The translations under genes and the position numbers were made by a program. Of a stretch of 64,000 nucleotides of DNA, positions 24,989-37,400 are shown piece after piece. Origin of the DNA: Octopus bimaculoides. Taxonomy: Eukaryota. The stretch's first letter is position 1. Each line of letters starts with the position of its first letter. The stretch covers positions 18,388,804 through 18,452,803 of the forward strand of contig NC_068987.1 of assembly GCF_001194135.2 (NCBI RefSeq), read 5' to 3'. The notes under the pieces were generated by a model, which was given only the letters and a program-made list of their open reading frames with translations, did not search any database and was not told the origin of the DNA.

Positions 24989-26046
24989 TGGCATGCAAAA
25001 GATCAACCTTCTCTTTTTTTTATTTCAGTGGATTCCTATGTTTTTCAAGGAAGATTCTGAATATGCCAAAAACCATTTTTTCAAAATTTTAAATTCCCCC
25101 TTTCCCACCCCAAATTTTTAAATTTTAACTTTTTTCGAATTTTTCAAATTTTCAATCAGAAAACTCCATAATTGATTCATACACACCTCGCCACCCCATC
25201 CCACTGTCTAAAAGTGAAAATGAACGGCTTGTGTGTTTGTGTGTGCACATGCAAATGAACAGAGAGAGAAAATACATCGAAATATATTTTACATACCTGT
25301 CGTATATGTCAGTTTTGCTTTTTCACTTTTAAGGTAAACGATCCTGATAGAAGCAAACACGATATTCAATAATGTTTGTGCTCTTCATTCAGAAAGAATA
25401 AAAATTATGTGGGACTTCATTCATGTGTATCTGCATGCAGGTATGTGGGGTGGGGGGAGTGCACTAGGAAAATATTTACGGAAAGGTTTTGATAAAAATT
25501 CTATGAAAATAAGTTATCTTTATATGCCATATTTACAATTCTCCACACATACCTGCATGTGGATACACATGAATGAAGTCTCAGGAAGTTTTTATTCTTT
25601 CTGAATGAAGAGCACAAACATTGAATATCGTGTTTGCTTCTATCAGGACCATTTACCTTTGAAGTGAAAAGACAAAACCGACGTATATAACAGGTATGTA
25701 AGACATATTTCGGTGTATTTTCTCTGTTCATTCATACGTGCACACACAAATACACAAGCTGTTCATTTTCACTTGTAGGGGTGTATAAATCAATTTTGGA
25801 ATTTTCTCATAGAAAATTTGAAATTAATTATTATTTTTTCCATATTCTTAATCTCCATATTTTCCCACATAGATTGGAAAAAAAAAATTCAAAAAAAGTT
25901 AAAATTTTTAAATTTGGCGTGGGGAGGGGGTAGTTATAATTTTAAAAATATGGTTTTGGGCATATTCAGAATCTATGTCATTGAAAACATAGGAATCCAC
26001 TGAAAATTTTTTTTTTAAAAAAAAGGTCAATTTTTGCATGCCAGTG
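24989..26046. mobile_element. ~1.06-kb fold-back element with ~460-bp inverted arms; left end lost in N gap
   Basis: TGGCATGCAAAAGATCAACC... mirrored by ...GGTCAATTTTTGCATGCCAGTG|TA; arm homology runs inward to ~25448/25542. Confidence 0.85.
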
Positions 26047-27071
26047 TACTTGTAAACATTAACCATATATATGTATATATATATATATGTTAATCTGGAA
26101 TATTTCAATGAAATTGTACTTTGTAAAAGATATTACTTTTACAACATATTTTTCCATATAGTATTTTTTTTTCCTGTAGATCCTTCAATTCTTTAGTAAA
26201 CAGGTGTATTGTTATAAAAACCATTATTGTTTTGTGTTATATCTGAAAAAAAAAACTATATGTATCAATGTGTTTATTTCAGTGTTTCCTGCTCATTAGA
26301 CTTGACATGTTTACAAATTGGCAAGTAGAACTGTTGTAGATTTCACTTTTTATAAGTGAAATCTCTTAGGAAATATTCTGCCCATACAAAGAAGTGCTTC
26401 AGTTATTTCTGGTAAAATAATGAAGAATATAGGGGACCTATTGTGGAGGTGCATAGCATAAGTGGTTAGGGTGTTTGAACTCATGATCATAAGATTGTGG
26501 TTTCAATTCCCGAACTGGGCAATGTGTTATGTTCTTGAGCAAAACACTTCATTTCATGTTGCTCCAATCCACTCACCTGGCAAAAATGAGTAACCCTGCA
26601 ATGGATCATTGTCCCATCCAAGGAGGAATATACACACCAGAGAAACCAATAAACTGGCTTTGTGCTCCTTATGGAATAATATGGACTAACCATAGGGGAC
26701 TTAGTAATAAAATTAATAACTTATTTTTTATTTTTGTGGAAGAGATATTCAAGTTATTTTAATAACACACAAAGCTGTTAAATTTGCTTTATACCTCTAG
26801 CATTTAAACCAGCCAGATCCAGCCTCTCACACCAACCCTACAATGTCATTCTAAAAATAAAATAATCACATCATTGAAATCTTGAAGCTACAAGATGATG
26901 CATGATTAATTCAAGACGAGCATTGCTGTTGACATAGTAATCTGAATGCCAAAGGGTTAAATTTAATTTTTATTTTATAAGGTGTTAACAAAAGCATCCA
27001 GTTGTAGAATCTATGCCAAAGCAAACACTGGAGCTCATTGAAGTCCTCTGGTTCATCAGATCCTGTTTTAA

Positions 27072-27353
27072 CCCTTTAACATTTAATTCTGCCATATCTG
27101 GCCCAATTATTCTTTCTATTTTATGTTAAAAGTGACCAGATCCAACTTCTCACACCTACCCTACAATGTTGTTCTAAAAATAGGCGTAGGAGTGTCTGTG
27201 TGGTAAGTAGCTTGCTTCCCAACCACATGGTTCCGGGTTCAGTCCTATTGCGTGACACCTTGGGCAAATGTCTTCTACTATAGCCTCGGGCCGACCAAAG
27301 CCTTGTGAGTGAATTTGGTAGACGGAAACTGAAAGAAGCCCATCATATATATG

Positions 27354-27384
<31 letters not shown>

Positions 27385-27699
27385 GTGTGTGTGTGTATGT
27401 TTGTGTTTGTCCCCCAACATCGCTTGACGACTGATGCTGGTGTGTTTACATCTCTGTAAACCTAGCGGTTCAGCAAAAGAGGCCAATAGAATAAGTACTA
27501 GGCTTACAAAGAATAAGTCCTGGGGTCGATTTGCTCGACTAAAGGTGGTGCTCCAGCATGGCTGCAGTCAAATGACTGAAACAAGTAAAGAGTAAATACA
27601 TCATTGAAATCTTGAAGCTACAAGATAATGCATGATTAATTCAAAACAATGTGAATAAATAAGCATTACATTTGGCAGAGTAATCTGAATGATAAAGGG
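27072..27699. mobile_element. piggyBac-type MITE (TTAA|CCCTT...AAGGG|TTAA) interrupted by a family-A SINE; related copies 28772-28969, 58971-59337 and many fragments
   Basis: TTAA at 27068-27071 and 27700-27703 with CCCTTT/AAAGGG termini. Confidence 0.75.
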
Positions 27700-29377
27700 T
27701 TAAAATGATGTAAATTAACACCTTCCAAATGCAGTAAGCTGGCAGAATCATTAGCACACAGGACAAAATGTTTAGCAGCAGTTCAAATTCCACCACAATA
27801 GATTTTGCCTTTTTTCGTTTTGGGGATCAATAAAATAAGTACTGGGGTTAATGTAATCAACTAGCCCTTCCCTTCCCTTGAAATTCAAGCCTTGGGCCTG
27901 TAGTAGAAAGAAATTAAAACTTTTCATCAAAATTTTATGTCAGTTAATTAACCTTACAGCAGGTTAATAACGACAAAGGCATTTTACAAAAATTGCTCAT
28001 TATTTTCAAAATTAATTGAAGCAAAGGCAGTGTATTTCATTGAAATATGGCAACAAAAGGGTTATAGTGATCAGAAGTAAAACTTTCCATCAAAATTTCA
28101 TGTCAAAATTCCAAACATCAGCTTAAGCATGCCTAAAGTATTTTACAAAATTTTTTTGAAGTGAAGGCAGTATATTTAAACATAAATGTGGTAACAAAAG
28201 GGTTAAGCTGATGTTCGGAATATAACTAAGCAAAAATATCCTTATATGAAATTATGAAGGAAAGTTTTAAAATTTAGACATGAACACACTTGAAAATTGA
28301 CAGTTTTATACCAGGTGAGTTGGTACGAATATTGTTGAAGATGAAATCAATACATTACACACAATAGTCATCTGAATGCTAAAGTGTTAAGGTAGTAGAG
28401 GGGTGTGATTTAAGAGAGCTTTGGTTGCTATGAGCGACTCAACCAAACTGAGGTTCTCCCCATGACTTGAACTCATATCAATATTGACCTCACAAGTGGC
28501 CAGTACCATACAACAAAAGATAAGTTTTCAGCAAATCTAGAAATTTGGGTTCAATTTCTGATGATACAACTCTGTTCCTTTATGCTGTTGTTATACATGA
28601 GAAGTGATGGAAGAAAGCCATCATGAAATTTTATGTGTTCTATTCTCTTCCCTTGTGAATTTATATCTTTGTATCTAAACAACCAATCTTGAGCTTACAA
28701 CAGAATATTTTGTCTGATAGTTGTCTCCTCCTCTCACACACACATTCACATGCATACACACACAGTTTTAACCCCTTTGAAACTGTATGAGACCACCCTG
28801 GGTTTAAAGACACAAACTTCCTGTTTTAAAATGATCAAAATTAAGACCTTCCCTCAAAATTTCATGCTGGTTTATGTTCAAAATAGTTATTTTGCTAAAT
28901 TCTTCATTATTTTCAAAATTTATTGAAACGAACAAAGAGTATTTCAATAGAAATATGTTAACAAAAGGGTTAAAGTGATCTAAATTTAAACCATATCAAA
29001 ATTTTATGTTTTTGTTCCAGATTAACAATGACAAAGTTATTTTACTAAATTCTCCATTATTTTCAAAATTGAAACAAAGTGTATTTCAATAAAAATTATG
29101 ATAATAAAAAAGTTAAGCCTACCACTATCAGCAGAGTGGAAGAAACAGTAAAGTGTCAAACTAAATGTCTTGTATTATGTTTTCCCCCAAACATTCTGTG
29201 TTGTTATTGTGTAGCAGGTCAGTTACGACTAAGAAAACCCATGGCATGCAGGTAACCAACCTAACAACTAGGCATGGCAGTGGCAAAGACCTGTTCTAGT
29301 TATACCTTACCAATATGGCTAAGTTGAGAGTAGAATTGAATACCTGTGACTTGCTGAGATGAATTATGTTGGGGGTA

Positions 29378-29790
29378 AAGTGTGACACTTTGAACGTGTT
29401 ACATTCTCTCCAATATCCAGTCATTTTCTGTTGAAGACAAAGTTTGACAGCTATTTCTGTATTGGATGAAGTATGACATCTTGAACTTGTATTTTTGCCA
29501 ATGTCCAGTCAATTTGCAGGGTGAAGTGTGACGGTTTAGACTTGTTGCCTTCTTTCCACTGTCATTTCAATAGAGGGTGAAGTGTGGCAGCTTAGATTTG
29601 TTACATTCTGTACACTGTTCAGCCAATTTCTGAATAGAGCAAAGTGTGACAGCTTGGACTTGTTACAATCTCTTCCTTATCCAATCAATTTCTGTGGAAG
29701 ACGAAGTGTGACAGCTTGGACTTGTTACATTGTCTCCCCTGTCAAGTCAATTTCTGTAGAGGGCAAAACATGACTGTTTGGACTCTTCAA
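29378..29790. repeat. Diverged minisatellite, about 7 units mostly ~55-63 bp
   Basis: AAGTGTGAC(A)GCTTGGACTTGTTAC-like motif recurs at ~29378, 29439, 29469, 29524, 29580, 29642, 29704. Confidence 0.7.
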
Positions 29791-30017
29791 CTTATAGGAT
29801 AAATTTCTGTATACCCTATACCAGTAATATATTAAAATGAAACTAGTAAGTGGGTGTAAAATCTGATCATTGTTTTCTTTCCAAAATGTAACAATTGCTT
29901 TGATAAATTCTTTACAAATTTCTGGTCTTGTGCCAAAGTTAAAGAAATCAATATTTCTTTGTTGAAACTAACCATTGTTAGTAATTTTATATTGGTTCTA
30001 TGTAAGTTCCAAGTTAT

Positions 30018-30057
<40 letters not shown>

Positions 30058-30860
30058 CATAATTCATAGTACTGTTCCTTTCTAAGTGTTGTATATAACA
30101 AACGAAAGGAAAATATTTTGAAGGTTTTGTATATTTTCCTCGCTTTACATTAATATCTCAAACAATGTGTTGGAAGACTGGAAAGAAAGATGGACATTAT
30201 TATCGTTTTTTTTTTTAAACTTTTTTTTTATTTTTGAAAAAAAAAAATCATATAAGTTCTCCTTTTATTGAATAATGCTATTATTTATCCTGATAGGAAA
30301 AGAAAATTTCTTTCCAATAAGCAAAAAATATCAGCACTAAAATATCCTTTTATTGGTGGTTTTTTGAGGGAACTTTTTTGGTTTGTTCAGTTTTAAAAAA
30401 CTTTTTTTCTTTTGTTATTTTTTCAACAATTCTATGTTCTTTGCCCCCATCCCATAAACAAATTCTTCCTATTGCTGCAAGGGACAATTCTATTAAAAAT
30501 TGTCAATATTGGCAAATTATATTTGACAAATGCTATTGAACAGGAATATATTTTTCAGTGACGTAGGTGCACAAGCCTGTTATTTATACATTTATCTATT
30601 TTATGTTGATAGCTGCTTGAAGCCAGTTTGCTTCACTTAGACCACTAATATTGTCTAGAAAGGCATGAACATCATATAATCTCATTCTCTCCCCTTTTAA
30701 GTTTATGGTGTAAGTAACAAAAATACATAGTATATAGTTTAAAAAGTCTAAAAATTTGTAAATGTTTTTAATTTCTTTAAATAAACTCAAAACAATGCTA
30801 GTTATATGAAATAATACAAGTTGATTGTTTGTACTAATACTTTGTATTTCAATAATTTGA

Positions 30861-30985
30861 GGTTAGGGCCTTCTCTTCTGGAAATCTTTAGAGAAATGAT
30901 GTTGTAAGATGACTTTTCTGTTCTGAAGTTGTAAAGTCGGCTTACAACACCATTCCTCTAAAGATTTTTAGAAAGGGCCTGAACC
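30861..30985. repeat. 125-nt hairpin (~45-bp stem, 16-nt loop)
   Basis: AAATCTTTAGAGAAATGATGTTGTAAGATGACTTT pairs with AAAGTCGGCTTACAACACCATTCCTCTAAAGATTT. Confidence 0.8.
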
Positions 30986-31991
30986 CCAAAATATTGAAAT
31001 ACAATCTAAAAGTGCTAACCATCGACTTGTATTATTTCTTATACTTGGCATTATTTTTGTCTTTATTAAAATTAAAATAAAAAGCATTAGACAATGCTTC
31101 ATGTAAGTTATAAGTTGTTTTTTTTTTACTAATAAGCTAAAGAAGAAGAGATACTGGCTATAAGTTTCAGAGATGTCTCCCAGACTGGTGAAATGTATGT
31201 CTGATAGCCTGCCTAGACATCTGTAGGAAAATTCAGGTAGAAGATACCAAGGATCTAGGGATCTGCTCTGAATCCTTGTTGTCAAACCAACTCAGCTGAA
31301 GCCACTCAAGGACTAGGTGTTAATGTTAAACGAGGAAGTATATTAAGGCCACAGTACAAATTAAAAATGCAAAAATAAATAAATAAAAACAAGGAACACT
31401 GTCATGCAGTGTCATTGTAGCTGGTGTTAATATCACTGTCAAATTAGTGAGGTTTGGCATTCTTCTAAATTTGCATACTTCAACACTAATTATAAAATAT
31501 GAGTCTGCTTTGTAAAATCTCTTGACTAATTATAGTTGTTGTTGTTTTGTACCCTAAGGTCAACCTTGATCAAAGGCATCCCGACCATGACCATCCAGTC
31601 TTTTTAGAAGTACGTAGTATTACATTGTCTAAAGATCCTGGCAGAGCTGTCCACACATGAACTACTAATACTACAACTACTAAAAATGAATGGAAATAGC
31701 AGCCAAATCTCACTCAGACTACATACTACCATCTTAGAAGCAAAGTTAGAACAAACATATTGCGTAATGTCCAATTAATGGCCCATCTGATTTCAAGTTT
31801 TGGCACAAAGCCCGCAAGGTTGATTACATCAACCTCAATGCTCAACTAGTACTCTTTTTATCGACCCTGAAAGGATGAAAGGTAAAGGTGACCTTGGTGA
31901 AACTTGAACACAGAACGTAAAGGCAGACAAATTGATGCTAAGCATTTTACCTGGTGTGCTAACAATTCTGCCAGTTTGTCACCTTAATTAG

Positions 31992-32345
31992 TGGTCCAAT
32001 TAATCCTTTTGATGACAAGTTGCACCCCTATTGTAACTCCTGGCAAATTAACTTTGTTTCTCAGTAATACGTTGATTCTCAGGTCCCCAGTAGGTGCAGT
32101 TGTGGCAGTTAATTGAGCCAGTTAATGTATATGTAACCTCATCACTCCAAATAATCTCTGTTGGAAAGTGTACACCTACACATCTTATCAAGCACCATTT
32201 GCAAAACTCCACTCTTCAGTCCAGATTATTTTCATTGAGAGTATGAACTATTCTTGGAATGTAACTTTTTCAATTACAGCACTTCAAATTGTGATGGATG
32301 ATTGATTTTTGAAATTCCTGAATTTCAACAACATCAACAGGGCAT
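31992..32345 (-). pseudogene. Fossil Tc1/mariner-superfamily (DD37D/maT-like) transposase fragment
   Basis: Minus-strand translation with stops and frameshifts: KSYIPRIVHTLNENNLD*RVEFCKW...[27 protein letters not shown]...VNLPGVT...CNLSSKGLIGP (WSDE motif with first catalytic Asp). Confidence 0.8.
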
Positions 32346-33912
32346 TTGCCGGTGGCATGTAAAAGCACCCACTGCACTCTCGGAGTGGTTGGCATTAGGA
32401 AGGGCATCCAGCTGTAGAAACTCTGCCAGATCAGATTGGAGCCTGGTGCTGCTATCTGGCTTGCCAGTCCTCAATCAAATCGTCCAACCCATGCTAGCAT
32501 GGAAAGCGGACGTTAAACGATGATGATGATGATGATGTATATGTTTTGTTTGTTTTATTTGTATATATGAATGTATGTATGTCATTTGTGACATCTCTCA
32601 TGCGTGCTATTGGTAACATGGAATCCAGTACAGCCTGTTGCATAGTCGGATCATCATCGACCAAACCAGCACCTCCACTAGGCTTCTTCGGTGAGGAGGG
32701 TTGCTAGAAACCCAGTAGGACTAAAAACAAAACTTGTCAAAAGGATGGATGAACCTAGTATATGTTCAATGACTATCTAGCAATAGCACAGGTACACAGA
32801 AATTCTAGGTAAGTGTCTGGCATGCTGGAAGACTACTGGGAGTGAAGTACCCCTCAGCTTTTGCTAAAGCATGTTTCTAGGTGAAGGTCACTCTGGTATA
32901 GAACCAGATGTGCAGGAAATGGTATTGAACATTTTGGGTAACTTTTGCTTGTGCTTGAGATTACTGTGATCCTACATTCCCGAGCCTGTGACCCACATTG
33001 GTACTGGGTACCTTGCCCTGGCATGACTCCATATCATGTCAATAAGGTCTGTGAGATGTTGTGCAAGCCTTATTGGACCTAAAATTTTAGGTTGCACAAT
33101 TGCCAGCCAGACGACTTTCTGATGCCCAGTTGAGTAGGAGGGCACTGCATTGAGCATAGAAGCCATGGGCGCGAATCTGGAGGGAAGCTGACCATGGCTC
33201 ATGAACCCACTGCTGACATTTTGCATGGGCAATGGTCAGTGATGGTCTTCCTTGGTCACAAGTGGACAGCCATATTGTCTGTATATAATGGGCTTCTTTC
33301 AGTTTCTGTTTACCAAATTCACTCACGAGGCTCTGCTCAGGCAGGGGCTATAGCAGAAATTACTTACCCTAGGTGCTGTGTAGTAGGACTGAACCCGAGA
33401 TGCTACAAAGTAATTTATCTGATAACACTCCAGTAATTCTGTCAATCATCACTCTTGGATTTGCAGTTTATTTACTGACTCCAAAAGGATGAAAGTCAAA
33501 TTTGACTTTGATAGGATTTGAACTCACGGTACCAAGAGCTGGTTCAAATATCACAAGACCTATAATCTAACATTCTAATTACTCTGCTTAATTATTAGTT
33601 TAATAAAATAAATAAATGCGCCCTTTTAAAGCCTAGCCAGGCTCATGGGCCCGGTTTCCCAGTTTCAATGGCGTATGTGTTCCCCAGCTGGACAGGATAC
33701 CAGTCCATTGCAGCGTTACTCATTTTTGCCGGCTGAGTGGACTGGAGCAACGTGAAATGAAGTGTTTTGCTCAAGAACACAACACATCGCCCGGTCCAGG
33801 AATGTATATATACAGCTTTATCTACTTCAAGTTCCATCATTAAAAACAAAAACAAATTATTTCACAACTTTCACAGTTTCTAAATTCTTACAACATAAGA
33901 ATATATATATAT

Positions 33913-33945
<33 letters not shown>

Positions 33946-34440
33946 TATTGATTTATTGATTGAGCAAGTGAGTGCATGGGTGATGGATTAATATCCAATT
34001 TGGCTGCTGGAGATTGGAAGTTCACTGTTTATTTAGCGAGGGTTTATGTCCTTTTAGTTTTGTCCCTGTTCATTTTGACCATCTTTGTAAATTCTTTGAT
34101 ACTTCTATTTCTAGAAAATTTTTGGGTTTCTTTTTCAATGTAGGGAGTTTGTTAGAGTTTTGTAAGGGAAGTATTGTTGAGGAATATTAGTTTTATATGT
34201 AGGTCTAGTTGAGTTTGAGGTTTCATGAGAATTCAATTTCAGATTTGAGGCATGTATGTAATTTTAAAAATTGATTCTAATTACATTGTAATTCATTTCC
34301 TAAAACAATTGTTTTAAGATGGAAATAAAATAATCATGATTTTTATTTTTTTCTAAAATTATTCATGTTTTTGTTCTGAAAATATTTCCTTGTTTTAACT
34401 GTATAAAGATACTGCTTTATTATTAATTGTAAAAATCTCA

Positions 34441-34481
<41 letters not shown>

Positions 34482-37400
34482 GTGAGCTAGCAAAATAATT
34501 AGTAGACCAGGGAAAATGCTTAGCTGTATTTCATCTGTCTTTATGGTCAGAGTTCAAATTCTGCTAAGGTTAACTTTACTGTTCATTCTTTTGGGATTGA
34601 TAAAATAAGTACCAGTTGATGTAATCGACTTACCCCCCACCCACCCCCACCGAAGATGCTGGCCTTGTAACAAAATTTGAAACCATTATTATGATTTAGG
34701 CAGAAACCTGGAAAAATTGTTAGCACACCAGACAAAATACTTTGTGGTATTTTTTGCAGCTTTTTTATGTTCTGAATTCAGATTTCACCTAGATCGGCTT
34801 TGCTTTTCAACCTTCTAGGGGTGATACAACAGGTACCAGTTGAGTATTGAGATCGATGAAATTGACTAGTCCCCTCCCACAAAATTTCAGGCCTTGTGCC
34901 TATAGTAGAAAGAGTTAATATTACTTCTTTTGTTAAATATTTTCTAAATTAATCAAATACCCCTGTTATTGTATCAATATTATTTGCCAATTGTGGAAGT
35001 TGAGCTGAGAAAGATTTGCTTCTCAACAGCTAAAACTATACATACATACTTACATACATAAACACCCACATATTGCATGTGGGCACACTCACACCAAGTC
35101 TCTCTTGGTTTTGGTCTGAAGCTGTAGCTATTTATTTTTATCTATTTTTTTAGTCTGCAGAAAGACTATGAAGATTACACAATGATATTCATCAACAGGG
35201 CTTATAACTCATTGATGGATTATACTTTAATCGTATTAAGTCAATTGACTTTATTTGTCACATTCCTACATGGAATAACTATGTTTTTCTATTGTATGGA
35301 GATTTGTATAAACTTTGAATTCATCAGTGGGAGTTTTTTTCTTTATTTTTTTTTCCTTTTATTTAAAAACCATATATAAATCTTCTTTCCAAATGCGAAG
35401 GCAATTAAAATTATGATTAGTTGAAAAGAAAGAAAAAAAAATGGTACTTTGAATAAAGTGTTATGTAAATTACCTCCCTTAGTTAGAAGCCAATGGAATT
35501 TATCTCCCTTGGAAATAGGAACTACATGTTGGCTAGAATTCCCTCCCTTGGATGTATTAAAATATTGTTGATGTAGATTTCTTTTTTCATTTTTGAATAG
35601 TCAATTTTTGACTGTTTTGATGCCGCTTTGTTTAAATCTATTCTATTAGCTGCATTTTAAGCAGCTGTTTATTGAATAAAGGCTCACAGTAATTCAGTTT
35701 TTGTTTTCTGTTCTTCAGTTCTATTTATTTTAGATTAATTAGAATAGGTGTTTTCAAATTTCTTGTAGCCTTAGTAAATATACATTACCATACACTTTTC
35801 TTATCATCCAATCTTCATAATCATTATCATCATCATTAATCATAGGGGATTTTTAATAAGTGACAGTAATAATAGTAAGTGCTCAGTGATTTTTTTTTTT
35901 TCCAATGTTGGTCACCATTGAAATGATTATAGTTTATATTGGACTCACAAATCATAAAATGCAATACGTCTTTTAACCAACCATCTTTCATTAGAAGTCA
36001 GCTTAAATAATAACCCATTGACAGATAAAATAGATTAAGAAAGATAAAGACAAATATCGATTTGATTTATTCACTTAAGACTCTAATTAGTAATTAATCA
36101 ATGACTAATTTCAATCATTTTCCACATCAAAATAATTTTTAATTAGTTTTTTGATGCTTCTAGCATTCTATATATTAACATATATCTAAGTAGTTTTGAC
36201 ATAGTTATCATGGTGATGATGATGGTGTTTGTTGATTATTCTAATTGGTTAGACATGAAACACAAAAAGCCTAATGACATCATTGAAAAATCCAGCATCT
36301 CTTATGGATATTCCGGAAACTTTATAACATAAGGTATTTCCCAAAACAATTTATTTAACTCATTTACATATCCAACCACTACCAGCTGGTATCAAATTCT
36401 GGAAACTGAAAATAGAAAAAAATCCCAATCTTTTTAACATCTGCTTTTGTTTCAGTTTTCATCCAACCAAAAAATAAATAAATAAATCAAAAGAGAAAGT
36501 AAAAACTATTGTGTCTCATAGTAATAATGGTAATGATGATTATGCAGAAATTAATAAAAGAAATACACCTTCTCTTTAACTTATGATTGAGTTCCCTTTT
36601 GACTGACAGGACATAAGTCAATCTGGTTGTATATCAGATTTATATTCTTCAATATTATTTTCATTCAAACATAATTGATGCATGAAAGTAACTGAGTGAG
36701 AGACAGTGGCAGGCAATGAATGCCTGGGTCTGATGGATAGTGGGGCTGCATTGCCAGATGCTACCATAGTTATACGTGCTGCTGCCCAACGTCAGAAAAT
36801 CGATTTATTGAATTTTTTTATTTCCTTATTTTTTGTGGTCATAAGTCGAGAAGGTGTATACAGTATTCTACATTCCATTCTGTAGATCTTGGTTCTTTGC
36901 TGACTCAGAAGATCTATGGAATTTTTAAATTTAATTTTTCGTCTAGTCTAGACGAAAGTGGTGATGGAATAGGAGTGTGTACTGATGACCTCCACTACTT
37001 TTGTAATATCTAATATTGCATAATTTTTTTTGTGGTTAACTTACATTACTTACTCATTGATGCCCCCCAATTTTTTGTTTTCAATATAAGATACACACTT
37101 TCATTTCCCCCTTTATTTCATTGACTTGTAGGTGGCCTGTTCTCTCTGCCCCATTTACATTTTGAGGGCTTTATTTCTCCTTTTTGCTATTTTAAACTTC
37201 TTTGTTGCTATACATACCTAGCAATTGCAATGTGGAAGATACACAGTAGCTTTTCAAAAACAAAAACTTAACTTCACTCAAACATTTATTATCCAATGTC
37301 AAATCTTCACCGTGCTAACTGCCATCTCGCCACTGGGAGAGTTCCACTACATTCAATCCTTCTAGGATCGGTAAAATAAAGTACCAGTGAAATTGTCACA

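Noticed and set aside
28278-28320. Strong CAG|GTGAGT donor (also 29220-29256)
   Set aside because: The exon at 28278 has stops in all three frames, and the other has no supporting neighbours.
36705-36845. Short frame containing LMDSGAA, like a retroviral aspartic protease motif
   Set aside because: Short, no other retroelement similarity, no splice support.
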